A DNA stretch of 64,000 nucleotides, from positions 85,068 to 149,067 of the forward strand of contig DATIIB010000009.1 of assembly GCA_035480055.1 (NCBI GenBank), read 5' to 3'. The stretch's first letter is position 1. Each line of letters starts with the position of its first letter. The notes under the pieces were generated by a model. The model did no database searches. It was given only the letters and a program-made list of their open reading frames with translations, and was not told where the DNA came from. Source of the DNA: Candidatus Saccharimonadales bacterium (GTDB lineage: Bacteria > Patescibacteriota > Saccharimonadia > Saccharimonadales > DASZAF01). Below are positions 1 to 9,720 of the stretch, one piece after another. A program made the position numbers and the translations under genes.

Positions 1-503
1 TGGCTGAGCGCCAGGCGACCGATGGCTCAGTAGTGCTGGTGACAATGGAAGGGACGCGGCCGCTGTTGGTTGAAGTGCAGGCGCTCGTTAACAAGACGAG
101 CTTTGGTTACCCCAAGCGGACCGCCTCTGGGTTTGACCTTAATCGGCTCAACTTGTTGATCGCCGTGCTTGAGCGACGCACCTCCCTGTCCCTTAGTGAA
201 AGCGACGTGTATATTAACGTGGTTGGCGGTATTCGACTCAACGATCCGGCTGCAGACCTTGCCATCTGCATGGCCATTGCTACCTCAGCGCGGGAACGTC
301 GTCTTGAGCCGCAAGTGGCGGTCCTCGGCGAGGTTGGCCTTAGTGGCGAAATCCGGCGCGTGCCGCACATCGAAAAGCGCTGCAAAGAAGCCGAGAAACT
401 CGGTTTTACGACCGTCATTGGTCCGAATTATCAAAAGAACCCTACAAATTTAGCGAGCGTGCACGATCTTCGTGACGCGCTCAACACCTACCTGCAAAAA
501 TAA
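1..503 (+). CDS. radA: DNA repair protein RadA/Sms, C-terminal part (5' end lies outside the window)
   Basis: The frame is open from base 3. The sequence ...GSVVLVTMEGTRPLLVEVQALV... and the Lon-protease-like C-terminal domain (GEVGLSGEIRRV) are typical of RadA. Confidence 0.85.
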   Translation, partial: AERQATDGSVVLVTMEGTRPLLVEVQALVNKTSFGYPKRTASGFDLNRLNLLIAVLERRTSLSLSESDVYINVVGGIRLNDPAADLAICMAIATSARERRLEPQVAVLGEVGLSGEIRRVPHIEKRCKEAEKLGFTTVIGPNYQKNPTNLASVHDLRDALNTYLQK

Positions 504-519
504 CTGAAAGGAATTTCCT

Positions 520-1299
520 ATGCTTGAAATTATAAACTTACTACTTCTCCTCATTGTGATCGGCCAAATTGTGCTGTTGAGCCGTCGCAAGCCGACCACA
601 ATTCGCCGACATAAAGACGAAATCATTCTTGATACCTGCGCCTTAATCGACGGACGCATTGTCGAGCTGGTTGACTCTGGCTTTTTGCGCAGCGAATTAA
701 CCATCCCTCGCAGTGTCATTGCTGAACTGCAACATCTGGCGGATCATGGCGACCCGTATAAACGCGAGCGTGCCCGGTTCGGTTTGGATGTGGCCAAGCA
801 ATTGCAAGAAAGCGCTTCGGTGACTATTAGTACCGAAGATATTGATACCGATGTGCCCGTTGACGAGCGTTTGATTGCACTCGCCAAAGCGCACCACGCA
901 TCGCTCTACACTACCGACTTCAATCTTAACAAGGTCGCGCAAATCGAGGGCGTACACGTACTTAACATCAATGAACTGTCCCAGCAACTTCGCCCGCATG
1001 TACTGCCGGGTGAAACCAGGGAAATCAAAATTATCGACAAAGGTCAGGACCGCCAACAAGGTGTCGGGTATTTACCTGATGGCACCATGGTGGTGGTAGA
1101 GCGCGCCAGCAATAAGATTGGCAAGACGCTCAAAGTCGAATTTACGCGTATGCTCCAGACTCAAGCCGGACGCATGATGTTTGCGCAAATTTGGCAACCA
1201 GCGCATGCATCTAACGCTTCCAACAACAATACGAGTACCAAACGTGCCGCCAAGCCTGCGCCCACAGTACGCGAGCCACACGAACCCACCACGTATTAA
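520..1299 (+). CDS. PIN plus TRAM domain protein (YacL-like), with an N-terminal TM helix
   Basis: It has an N-terminal hydrophobic helix, a PIN-like core (ILDTCALIDGRI ... TTDFNLNKVA) and a C-terminal TRAM-like beta region (GYLPDGTMVVVE ... KVEFTRMLQTQAGRMMFA). It follows radA, as in many Gram-positive genomes. Confidence 0.7.
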   Translation: MLEIINLLLLLIVIGQIVLLSRRKPTTIRRHKDEIILDTCALIDGRIVELVDSGFLRSELTIPRSVIAELQHLADHGDPYKRERARFGLDVAKQLQESASVTISTEDIDTDVPVDERLIALAKAHHASLYTTDFNLNKVAQIEGVHVLNINELSQQLRPHVLPGETREIKIIDKGQDRQQGVGYLPDGTMVVVERASNKIGKTLKVEFTRMLQTQAGRMMFAQIWQPAHASNASNNNTSTKRAAKPAPTVREPHEPTTY

Positions 1300-1301
1300 C
1301 C

Positions 1302-4097
1302 TTACCGAAAGAGACCGGCCAGTTGCGCCGCACGCTTTGCTGCTGCGGCGCTTTGTTTTTTGGATGCTGAAGTCTCGCGGTTGGTGGCAGGTGGCAAGAA
1401 GGAAATGACATTAAAGGTCTTTTGGTCAGTTGCGTCGTAGAGAACAGAGTCAATGACGGTGACAGAGACGCTTGCCTGGCCTGGGCCGGTAAAGTTGTAG
1501 GGGAATTCGTAGGTTCCAGAACCGGTGACAGATTGCGTGCCAACGCTTTGGCCGCCCACGCTCACTTCAATCGACTGCAAGGGGTTTGATCCTTGGGTTG
1601 CAGCCACGATGATCTTATCGTTTTGCGTGTCAGCGTTAAGGCTTACGGTGGGCTTTGCATCGCCACAATGGTGGATATCATCATCTTCGTTGAGGTTATA
1701 GCCATCGGGTGCGCCAGACTGAACCTTGTTCTTGGTAATTGGATCCTGGATCTCGTAGACAGTGATGTCTTCTTTGGCGCGAGCAGGTGTACAGTCGGTC
1801 GCTTTCTTTTTAGAGATCTTGTCCATGGTGACCTTGGTGCCATCGGTCTTGTCGTTCTTGTACCAAGAGGGAGCAAGGTCATTGTGGCCATCTACCGTCA
1901 CTTTGTGGATACCTGCTGGCTGCGTAAACCAGTCGCCAGTCTTCCACCCATAGTCACTGCCGTATTGTTGGTGAGCATGTTGCATAAAGTAGCTAAACAT
2001 TGGCCCGGTTTGCAAGTGCGTCACCGCTGGTTGGCCGCCAGGAAGCATAGCCTGGCCGTCGCTGCGACCTTCCCAGACACCAAGGGTGATCTTGGTGCTA
2101 TAGCCCATCATCCATCCGTCCTTAGAATCGTCTGTGGTACCGGTCTTGACGGCAATTTTGACGCCGGGAGGATTGAAACCTACCTGGCCTGAGGCGCCGC
2201 CACCAAAGGTTGGTGCACGAGCGTTAACGTCTGAGAGCACATCGCTCAGCATGTAAGGAATTTGCGGATCAATAACGCGTTTGCCGCCGTTATCTTTCCA
2301 TTCTTGAAGTACATCACCATTTGGTCCACTTACTTTTAGAACGTACGTGAGATCTTTATAGACACCGCCGCGAGCGAGACTCGCATAGGCGTTGGTATGC
2401 TCGTCCAGACGGAGGCTGTACCCACCAATAGCTGCAGAAAGCCCGCAGTACCCGCCAGAATCGACCGTACAGTAGCTCTTGTCGCCCATATCGTGCGATA
2501 GGCTGACGACATTGTCCATTCCGGCAATGTAGGCTGCTTTCACTGCCGGAATGTTGCGCGACTCTGCGAGCGCGGAACGAATTGAGATATTGCCGCGACT
2601 ACGGTGGTCAAAGTCTTGGGGCTTATAGCCGTTAATGTCGATTGGCACATCAGACAATACGCTTCCCGGAGTGTATTGGGTCGGTGCCCGCTCTTTAAAG
2701 AGTTCCGAGTAGTCAAACGGTTTAATGCTCGAACCTGGCTGCAACAAAGCCCTAGCAGCGTTGTAGCTTCCATAGCCTGGATAGTTAAAGTCACGGCTGC
2801 CTTCGTAAGCCAGGACCTGACCAGTATCGTTTTGAATGGCAACCATGGCCGCGTTGTCACCCTTTTGTTTGGTGACCGCACTAATACCCATCTTCATGGC
2901 GTCGTCGGCGACCTTTTGCATGTTGCCATCAAGAGAGGTGATGACTGTTAAGCCGCCCGTTGTCACCAGCTTGGCGCCATATTTTTGCTCCAGCTGTCGT
3001 TGTACTTCAAGCACAAAGTGAGGGGCGACGATATTTTTGAACGAGTCGCTTGGCGGTTGGACTTTATCAAGCGTCTTCACCTTTTTGGCCGCTTCAGCAT
3101 CGCTCTTACTGATGTAGCCTTGATCGGTCATCTTATCGAGCGTGGTATGTTGGCGATTAACCAATCCTTGGACGTCTAAATCAGCTGATTGCGGGTTGAA
3201 GTCGGTCGGACGCTGCGGGATAGAGGCAAGCAAGGTGGCCTCGTCGAGAGTAAGGTCGCGTGCCGATTTGCCAAAGTACGCCTGCGATGCAGCTTCGACA
3301 CCATTGCGGTTACCACCATAGGAAACCTCGTTGAGGTACATGGTCAGAATTTGATCTTTGGTGTACAGCCGCTCTACTTCAATGGCCAAAATGAGCTCTT
3401 TAATCTTGCGTGAGAAAGTCCGCTCGTTGGTAAGCAACACGTTTTTAATGAGCTGCTGCGTGATGGTTGAACCGCCTTGATTCACACCGCCGCGAGCATT
3501 TGCCCAAGCCGCCCGGACCAATCCATTCGCGCTAAAACCACTGTGCTTATAAAAGTCTTTGTCTTCCAGCGCCACGGTGGCTTGCTTCATTACGGGCGCA
3601 ATGTCTTCTGACTTCACCACGGTGCGGTTTTCGGCACTGGTGTCTTCCCACAGAAGGGTTTTGCCACTGCGGTCGTAGTATTTGGTCGTAGAGCTATGAA
3701 CTCGTTTGCTCAGTTCAGCAGGATTAATCTTGTCGAGGTCTTTGCGGTAATAGGCAAAGAGCCCAACCAGAAAGACGAGAAACACCATGACCCCAATGCC
3801 AGCCAGTTTGAGCGCCATAATTGCGCCGTGTCGACTGAACCAATACTTAGCCATGCGTTTTGGATGCAGACTATATATAAATCGCTTGAATGGATTTTTG
3901 GGTAGCCCAGCGCGATACTCGGCTTTGCGGCGCGCCTTTAGATCGCGACGTGATGATAGATTTGAATAGACGCGCATATTAGAATTACCGCGTCGACCGG
4001 GTATGAGCCGGCGTAACTTAGCGACAAACGACAAATGCCGCGGGGCTGGTTTTCTCATAATGTATTTTGGTGCTCCGACTGTTATAAATCTACGCAA
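1302..4097 (-). CDS. Class A penicillin-binding protein (PBP1A family: glycosyltransferase plus transpeptidase) with a ~200-aa C-terminal extension
   Basis: An N-terminal TM anchor is present. GT51 motifs are EDKDFYKHSGF, GGSTITQQL and RKIKE. Transpeptidase motifs are SSIK (SxxK), SRN and KTGTT. The start codon is uncertain, with several in-frame Met between 4097 and ~3980. Confidence 0.9.
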   Translation of the reverse strand: MRRFITVGAPKYIMRKPAPRHLSFVAKLRRLIPGRRGNSNMRVYSNLSSRRDLKARRKAEYRAGLPKNPFKRFIYSLHPKRMAKYWFSRHGAIMALKLAGIGVMVFLVFLVGLFAYYRKDLDKINPAELSKRVHSSTTKYYDRSGKTLLWEDTSAENRTVVKSEDIAPVMKQATVALEDKDFYKHSGFSANGLVRAAWANARGGVNQGGSTITQQLIKNVLLTNERTFSRKIKELILAIEVERLYTKDQILTMYLNEVSYGGNRNGVEAASQAYFGKSARDLTLDEATLLASIPQRPTDFNPQSADLDVQGLVNRQHTTLDKMTDQGYISKSDAEAAKKVKTLDKVQPPSDSFKNIVAPHFVLEVQRQLEQKYGAKLVTTGGLTVITSLDGNMQKVADDAMKMGISAVTKQKGDNAAMVAIQNDTGQVLAYEGSRDFNYPGYGSYNAARALLQPGSSIKPFDYSELFKERAPTQYTPGSVLSDVPIDINGYKPQDFDHRSRGNISIRSALAESRNIPAVKAAYIAGMDNVVSLSHDMGDKSYCTVDSGGYCGLSAAIGGYSLRLDEHTNAYASLARGGVYKDLTYVLKVSGPNGDVLQEWKDNGGKRVIDPQIPYMLSDVLSDVNARAPTFGGGASGQVGFNPPGVKIAVKTGTTDDSKDGWMMGYSTKITLGVWEGRSDGQAMLPGGQPAVTHLQTGPMFSYFMQHAHQQYGSDYGWKTGDWFTQPAGIHKVTVDGHNDLAPSWYKNDKTDGTKVTMDKISKKKATDCTPARAKEDITVYEIQDPITKNKVQSGAPDGYNLNEDDDIHHCGDAKPTVSLNADTQNDKIIVAATQGSNPLQSIEVSVGGQSVGTQSVTGSGTYEFPYNFTGPGQASVSVTVIDSVLYDATDQKTFNVISFLPPATNRETSASKKQSAAAAKRAAQLAGLFR

Positions 4098-4182
4098 GCA
4101 TTATAGCATTTTGTGAGTGGATGCGACCATGCTGGCATGCAAAAATAATCTTTAGCTGAGAATCGCCGCCAAAACTGAGTTC

Positions 4183-4191
4183 TGCTATAAT
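4183..4191 (+). promoter_or_regulatory. Extended -10 promoter element TGcTATAAT upstream of tyrS
   Basis: TGCTATAAT lies 28 nt upstream of the tyrS ATG, with an AAGGAG SD between them. The same TGCTATAAT string recurs upstream of rpsL and fusA. Confidence 0.5.
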
Positions 4192-4219
4192 CAACAGAGA
4201 AAATTAAGGAGCACCACCA

Positions 4220-5434
4220 ATGACCTTGTCTGAAGAGTTGCAGTGGCGCGGGTTTGTTAATCAAACGACGCTTGCCGACATCACCGATCTTGATAAAGAA
4301 CCGCTGACGTTTTATTGGGGCGTGGATCCAAGTGCAGACTCTATGACTGTGGGTAATTTTGCCTTGGCGATGATGGTGCGCCATTTTATTGACTACGGCC
4401 ACAAGGCGATCTTGCTGGTCGGTGGCGCTACCGGCATGATTGGCGATCCTGACGGCAAGGCCGAGGAACGCGAGCTGAAGTCGCTAGAAGAAATCCAGAT
4501 TAATAAAGAGGGTATTGCTGCGCAGTACCAACGGGTGTTTGCTGGTAAATCTTTTACGATCGTTGATAACTATGATTGGTTTAAGGATTTGGGCTATTTA
4601 AACTTTCTACGTGATGTTGGCAAGCATTTTTCGATGACCCAACTGTTGGACCGCGAGTTTGTGCAATCACGGATTGGCGAAGGCGGCGCGGGTATTAGCT
4701 ATGCCGAATTTAGCTACTCACTCATTCAAGGCTACGACTTTTTGCACTTGTATCGAACGCACGGCGTCACTTTACAGATTGCTGGAGCGGACCAATGGGG
4801 CAATAGCATTTCGGGCGTGGAACTGATTCGCAAGGTTGAAAGCCGGGAAGCGCATGTCTGGACGGCGCCACTTGTGATGAACTCGCTGACCGGCAAAAAG
4901 TTTGGCAAATCAGAAGAGGGCGCGGTCTGGCTGGACGAAAAACGCACCAGTGTCTACCAGTTCTACCAATTTTGGCTTAATGTCGATGACGCTGGCGCGT
5001 TGGATTATCTCAAGATTTACACCTTGCTTCCCAAGGAAGAGATCGAACGACTTGCCAGCGCAATTAGCGCACGCCCAGAAGCACGCGAAGCTCAGAAAGT
5101 GCTTGCCCGCGAAGTGACCACCCTCGTGCATGGCAAAGAACGCATGGAACGGGTGGCCCGAGCAACCGACGCTCTCTTTGGTGGCACACCGGTGACCGAT
5201 TTGGGTCCCGAAGAGCTTGAGGTGCTCGCCGGCGAATTGCCGACAGTAACCGCCAACAGTTCTTTGATCGCCAGCTTAACAGAGAGCGGCTTGGCGAGCA
5301 GCAACGGCGAAGCAAAGCGCTTACTCGCGAGCAATGCGATCAGCGTGAACGGCGAGAAGGTCAATGAAGACATTACCCTGATTGCGCCAGCCTTGGTAAA
5401 AAAAGGCAAGAACAGTTTTATCTTAGTAAAATAA
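4220..5434 (+). CDS. tyrS: Tyrosyl-tRNA synthetase
   Basis: It has the LQWRGFVNQTT N-terminus, YWGVDPSADS, GYDF (the Tyr-OH binding Asp), KFGKS (KMSKS equivalent) and a C-terminal S4-like domain (AISVNGEKV). The HIGH position reads TVGN (see findings). Confidence 0.9.
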   Translation: MTLSEELQWRGFVNQTTLADITDLDKEPLTFYWGVDPSADSMTVGNFALAMMVRHFIDYGHKAILLVGGATGMIGDPDGKAEERELKSLEEIQINKEGIAAQYQRVFAGKSFTIVDNYDWFKDLGYLNFLRDVGKHFSMTQLLDREFVQSRIGEGGAGISYAEFSYSLIQGYDFLHLYRTHGVTLQIAGADQWGNSISGVELIRKVESREAHVWTAPLVMNSLTGKKFGKSEEGAVWLDEKRTSVYQFYQFWLNVDDAGALDYLKIYTLLPKEEIERLASAISARPEAREAQKVLAREVTTLVHGKERMERVARATDALFGGTPVTDLGPEELEVLAGELPTVTANSSLIASLTESGLASSNGEAKRLLASNAISVNGEKVNEDITLIAPALVKKGKNSFILVK

Positions 5435-5506
5435 AGTGCTTGACGCCGTGGGTCGCTCTGCGAAACTATAAGGCCCATGAAAAACCAATGTACAAACCCT
5501 TAGCTC

Positions 5507-5515
5507 TGCTATCCT
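5507..5515 (+). promoter_or_regulatory. Extended -10-like element TGcTATCCT, 6 nt upstream of the recG GTG start
   Basis: The sequence is TGCTATCCT, then aaaaac, then GTG. No SD is visible, which fits a leaderless or very short-leader transcript. Confidence 0.3.
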
Positions 5516-5521
5516 AAAAAC

Positions 5522-7552
5522 GTGGTACTTAGTGATTCCATCACCAAACTCAAAGGCGTGGGGCCCGCGTTATCTGAAAAGCTGGCGTTGCTTGGCGTGA
5601 CGACAGTACGCGACCTCATTTATTTTTTTCCGCGCCGCTACGATGATTTTTCGCACGTCACCAAGCTTAAAGATGTCCAGCCAGGTCCAGTTACGGTCAA
5701 GGTGAAGGTTGAAAAAGTCACCGCCCGCCATGTCCGCCGTGGCCTGCACATTACCGAAGCCATTATTGCGGACGAAACCAGCAAACTGCGCGCGGTCTGG
5801 TTTAATCAACCCTACCGACCAGAGAGCCTCAAGAGCGACGCCGTATTTTATATGTCAGGGACGTTTGACTTTCAGCGTGATCGGTTTATTTTGCAAAATC
5901 CTTCGGTGGAAAAAGTAGCGGAGTTTGCCAAAAACACTGCCCGCATTGTGCCGATCTACCCGCAAGTTAGGGGGCTTAAGTCGTATCAACTGCGCCAAAT
6001 GATCTCCCAGCTGCTGCCGCTTATTGCAATATTGCCAGACACCTTGCCGCCAGAAGTGGTGAAGCGCGAAAATCTATTGCCGCTTTCGGCAGCGCTGCTC
6101 CAAATGCATTTTCCCGAAAGCCACCAAGCGCTGCAGGAGGCCAAAAAACGCATTGCGTTTGAGGAGTTGTTTGAACTTCTCCTGGCTGCACACCTTAATA
6201 AGGTGGAGCATCGGGCGCATCTGGGTTGGGAAATTCCGTACGAACAAGCGGCGGCTGAAGCATTTACCGCGGCACTGAGTTTTACCCTCACCAATGCGCA
6301 GCGGCGGGTTGCTTGGGAGATTTTGCAAGATATTCAGCACGACCAGCCAATGAATCGTTTACTGCAAGGCGATGTCGGGTCTGGCAAAACGGTTGTCGCA
6401 GCTTTTGCGGCCTTTATGGCTGGACGCCAAGGGATGCAGAGCGCGTTTATGGCGCCGACCGAGGTATTGGCGGCGCAGCACGCCGAGTCGCTGTCGCAGC
6501 TGTTGCGACCTTTGGGCATGAGTGTGGGTTTGTTGGTGGGGTCGGTAAAACCCGGCGCCAAAAAAGTGCTGACACAGCAGATCAAAGAAGGCAACGTGGA
6601 TATTGTGGTTGGCACGCATGCACTTATTCAGCAAAAGATTGAGTTTGCAAAGCTTGGCCTGGTGGTGATCGACGAGCAGCACCGTTTTGGGGTCAACCAA
6701 CGTAAAGCACTACTGGCCAAGAGCGACCGCTTGCCGCATTTACTAGCCATGACGGCCACGCCGATTCCTCGGAGTCTCACCCTCACGGTGTATGGTGAGC
6801 TAGATGTATCTGTGATTGATGAACGCCCGCCTGGCCGCACGCCGATTATTACTGAGATCCATTCGCCGCATTCTGTAAAACCGCTGTATGAGCATATCGA
6901 CCAGCAGATCAACCAAGGTCGCCAGGTATATATCATCTGCCCGCTGGTCAGTGAATCCGACACACTCGGCTTTAAAAGTGTGGAGCAAGAATACGATCGT
7001 TTGCAAAAATCGGTCTTTAAACATCGCCGCATTGGGCTGTTGCACGGCCAACTTTCTTCGGTCGAAAAAGACGAAGTCATGACTCGCTTTAAAAATGGTG
7101 AGTTTGATATTTTGGTAGCCACCACAGTTGTCGAGGTGGGGGTGGATGTCCCAAATGCAACCATCATGCTGATTGAGGGCGCGGATCGCTTTGGCTTGGC
7201 ACAATTGCATCAACTGCGTGGCCGCGTGGGTCGCGGCAAGCATCAGTCGTATTGCTATCTGGTTCCCTCTACGGCTCAAAAGCCAAGTCAACGTCTGCAG
7301 GAAGTTGCGCGGAGTGATGACGGCTTTTACCTGGCGCAAGTTGACCTGGAGCTACGCGGTCCCGGCGAGCTGTACGGAACGCGCCAGCACGGTTCGCTCG
7401 ACCTCCGGGTGGCCAACATTGCAGATACCAAATTGGTGAGTCATGTGCAAAAAGTGGCAGAGGCTTTCGCCACGACTGCGACCGATCTGTTACAATATCC
7501 AGAGCTACACAAGCGTGTTGAGCGTTTACGGCGGGTCACCACCTTTAATTAG
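5522..7552 (+). CDS. recG: ATP-dependent DNA helicase RecG
   Basis: It has an N-terminal wedge/OB region, the Walker A motif GDVGSGKT, DEQHRFG, TATPIPRSL and QLRGRVGRG. Confidence 0.92.
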   Translation: MVLSDSITKLKGVGPALSEKLALLGVTTVRDLIYFFPRRYDDFSHVTKLKDVQPGPVTVKVKVEKVTARHVRRGLHITEAIIADETSKLRAVWFNQPYRPESLKSDAVFYMSGTFDFQRDRFILQNPSVEKVAEFAKNTARIVPIYPQVRGLKSYQLRQMISQLLPLIAILPDTLPPEVVKRENLLPLSAALLQMHFPESHQALQEAKKRIAFEELFELLLAAHLNKVEHRAHLGWEIPYEQAAAEAFTAALSFTLTNAQRRVAWEILQDIQHDQPMNRLLQGDVGSGKTVVAAFAAFMAGRQGMQSAFMAPTEVLAAQHAESLSQLLRPLGMSVGLLVGSVKPGAKKVLTQQIKEGNVDIVVGTHALIQQKIEFAKLGLVVIDEQHRFGVNQRKALLAKSDRLPHLLAMTATPIPRSLTLTVYGELDVSVIDERPPGRTPIITEIHSPHSVKPLYEHIDQQINQGRQVYIICPLVSESDTLGFKSVEQEYDRLQKSVFKHRRIGLLHGQLSSVEKDEVMTRFKNGEFDILVATTVVEVGVDVPNATIMLIEGADRFGLAQLHQLRGRVGRGKHQSYCYLVPSTAQKPSQRLQEVARSDDGFYLAQVDLELRGPGELYGTRQHGSLDLRVANIADTKLVSHVQKVAEAFATTATDLLQYPELHKRVERLRRVTTFN

Positions 7553-7565
7553 AATCTTGGGGTAT

Positions 7566-8375
7566 ATGTATTCTGGAACCACATTTCGAAACGCGTCGGG
7601 TAATGTCATGGGTGCACATCAAAAGATCGACCGAGTTGCCAGACGATTGCTTGGCGAACTGCAACCCGAAACACCTTTCCCGCCCATTAAACTCATCCTG
7701 CACTTTGAAGGCAAAAACGGTCCGGACGGCGTCAAGCGAAAATCGCCAGCCCAGGATGAACCGTGGCATTATTATGATCCCAAGAGCTCCGAGCCGCAGC
7801 CCTTGCTCGATCTGATCGAAGACCATTACCGTAACCTAGTCAGTCAACTGCGTGCCAAAAACGAAGAACGAGCTGCGTTCGAGGCCGCGTGGTTGGCGCA
7901 TGCTTTGGTGGATGGTTTAACGCCAGCTCACCATTATCCGTACGAAGAAGAGCTGACCAAACTGCGTGGCGAGGGCCTAGAGACTCGCGATTCACTCAAA
8001 GAAAAATTGGTCATTAATGGCGATACCACGCTTGAAAAATTGAGCAACAACTGGAAGATGTGGGGCGCCAAAGGTTTAATGACCACCCATGCCTTGTTTG
8101 AGCTGGGGATTGCGGTCATTGTCTCGCCTTTGCGGCTCAACCGCGCCATGCCGACCGAGGCTGAACTGGCGGCAATTAAAACTGATGGGCTGCCAGCAAC
8201 TTTTATTCGCTACGCCAAAGAGATCGATGCGCTTGAGATGTACGACCGCTACTACCGTTTGGGCTGGACCAAAAAGGCGGCCAAGCAAGTGCGGATTGAA
8301 CTCGCGCCACGCATTGTCAAAATCGTGACGCTGGCATGGTACTTGGCCGAGCAGGAGGCAGGGAAACAGGTATGA
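7566..8375 (+). CDS. Hypothetical protein, possibly with a zinc-dependent phospholipase C / S1-P1 nuclease-like fold
   Basis: The ORF overlaps the recG end if started at 7443, so ATG 7566 is the first start beyond recG. The motif WLAHALVDGLTPAHH resembles the His/Asp metal-binding helix of the PLC/P1 nuclease superfamily. The call is weak. Confidence 0.6.
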   Translation: MYSGTTFRNASGNVMGAHQKIDRVARRLLGELQPETPFPPIKLILHFEGKNGPDGVKRKSPAQDEPWHYYDPKSSEPQPLLDLIEDHYRNLVSQLRAKNEERAAFEAAWLAHALVDGLTPAHHYPYEEELTKLRGEGLETRDSLKEKLVINGDTTLEKLSNNWKMWGAKGLMTTHALFELGIAVIVSPLRLNRAMPTEAELAAIKTDGLPATFIRYAKEIDALEMYDRYYRLGWTKKAAKQVRIELAPRIVKIVTLAWYLAEQEAGKQV

Positions 8376-8911
8376 GACTGCGCATTGTGGCTGGCGAATT
8401 TGGCGGACGGCAGATTGAAGCGCCGTCCGGCTTTACCACGCATCCTATGAGCGAGCGAGTTCGCAACGCATTGTTTAATAGTCTGGGCGATATCTCAGGC
8501 AAAAGCATTCTTGATCCGTTCGCGGGCAGTGGCGCAATCAGCATTGAAGCCGTAAGTCGCGGTGCTGCGCATGCTGTCGCGATCGAAAAAGACCGCAAAG
8601 CGCAAACCGTGATTGCCAACAATCTCGCAGACTTAGGGCTGACATCACGCGTCAAATTGATTCGCGCCAACTGCCGGGCGTGGAGCGAAACCAGTCAGGA
8701 CCAAAAGTTTGATATTATTATTGCCGACCCACCCTATAACGATGTCAATTTATCCACAATTAATTTACTCGCTAGGCATTTAAAAAGCACAGGCAGTATG
8801 CTATTATCGCACTCAGGTAGGGAGTCAGCGCCGACCGTTAATGGAGTTGTTGTGGTGGACAAACGTAGTTACGGAGACGCGGCGCTGGCGATCTACCGTA
8901 AAGAGGCCTAG
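8372..8911 (+). CDS. rsmD: 16S rRNA (guanine966-N2)-methyltransferase RsmD
   Basis: It has MRLRIVAGEFGGRQI, the SAM motif DPFAGSGA and the DPPY motif (IIADPPYN). An ATGA start/stop overlap with the upstream gene supports a start at 8372. Confidence 0.85.
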   Translation: MRLRIVAGEFGGRQIEAPSGFTTHPMSERVRNALFNSLGDISGKSILDPFAGSGAISIEAVSRGAAHAVAIEKDRKAQTVIANNLADLGLTSRVKLIRANCRAWSETSQDQKFDIIIADPPYNDVNLSTINLLARHLKSTGSMLLSHSGRESAPTVNGVVVVDKRSYGDAALAIYRKEA

Positions 8912-8932
8912 AATGAAAGGCCTCTTATTTTA
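8902..8932 (+). terminator. Intrinsic terminator after rsmD
   Basis: An 8-bp perfect stem (AGAGGCCT / AGGCCTCT) with an 8-nt loop that includes the stop codon is followed by TATTTTA. Confidence 0.6.
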
Positions 8933-8986
8933 TGGTAATTTTTACAAACTGAGTATATAATATGTCTCACTAAAGGGAGAGCTGAC

Positions 8987-9541
8987 ATGGCTGAGACTCA
9001 AGGACCGATTGAAGACACTATCACTCAGGCGCAAATTGACCAGAGGAACGGTGAAGCGTCACCAAATCGTCGAAAAGTTATAATTCTTGGTGCCGTCGGA
9101 GTCGCCGCCATCACCTCGTGTCTCGTGTACGGTGGGTTTCAACTCCAAAAACAACAAGCTGCGGAAGAGCAAGATGGCAGAGATGGTGTTGTGGTTGCGA
9201 AGCATGACGGCCTTAAGCTTGATCCTTCGACCATACTGGTCGGCGGTGATACAGGTAGAGCGACGCTTGATCTTGGCGGATGCATGATCGGTGGAGTCGC
9301 ATTTGATGTTGTTCGTGGTCCAGGTGGCAAAGTATCAGATGTAAAGAACTATGAAATCGATGGCATTGCCTATCCACCGGTAACGACAAATAATCGTCAG
9401 CAGGTTGTTGTCGATGGCGCACCTATAACTATTAGATTCCAAAATGCCGGTGACTTTAAGACTGATTTTGGCCCTAACCCCTGCGCTACGCTTGCCCATT
9501 CGGCACTCATGTTGGGGTACGACACGCAAACGGGCTCATAA
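8987..9541 (+). CDS. Hypothetical N-terminally membrane-anchored protein
   Basis: A GGGAGAG SD precedes the ATG. There is one TM helix (VIILGAVGVAAITSCLVYGGF) and then a ~120-aa ectodomain. I recognise no motifs. Confidence 0.7.
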   Translation: MAETQGPIEDTITQAQIDQRNGEASPNRRKVIILGAVGVAAITSCLVYGGFQLQKQQAAEEQDGRDGVVVAKHDGLKLDPSTILVGGDTGRATLDLGGCMIGGVAFDVVRGPGGKVSDVKNYEIDGIAYPPVTTNNRQQVVVDGAPITIRFQNAGDFKTDFGPNPCATLAHSALMLGYDTQTGS

Positions 9542-9588
9542 AGCTACTCCCCATCTCGAGAAACTAATGCTATCATAAAAGCGGCCGC

Positions 9589-9675
9589 GGGCGAGTGGCG
9601 GAATTGGTATACGCGACGGACTTAAAATCCGTTGGTTGAAAGACCTTGTGGGTTCAAGTCCCACCTCGCCCACCA
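9589..9675 (+). tRNA. tRNA-Leu (anticodon UAA), class II with a long variable arm and encoded CCA
   Basis: The acceptor stem is GGGCGAG / CTCGCCC, followed by discriminator A and CCA. The anticodon stem ACGGA / TCCGT encloses the loop CTTAAAA (anticodon TAA). The T arm is GTGGG-TTCAAGT-CCCAC. The total length is 87 nt. Confidence 0.9.
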
Positions 9676-9720
9676 CGAGTGAACGGTTCTTTTTTGGAAG
9701 CGCTCAGTCGTGGTGTGAAG

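Noticed and set aside
1302-1420. An LPPATN sequence near the C-terminus of the PBP looked like a possible sortase (LPXTG-like) sorting signal.
   Set aside because: A hydrophobic TM segment does not follow the motif. The tail is polar and basic (RETSASKKQSAAAAKRAAQLAGLFR), so it does not fit a cell-wall sorting signal.
4098-4219. I looked for T-box riboswitches upstream of tyrS and hisS.
   Set aside because: I saw no specifier-loop/AGAGA/GNUGGA features and no T-box sequence (conserved ...GGUGGUACCGCG-like 14-mer). The tyrS upstream region is only a promoter plus an SD.
9589-9675. I checked for a group I intron in tRNA-Leu(UAA), as in cyanobacteria, and for an integration site with a flanking island.
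   Set aside because: The tRNA is a contiguous 87-nt class II molecule with an intact anticodon loop. No integrase, no repeat of the tRNA 3' end and no phage genes are visible nearby.
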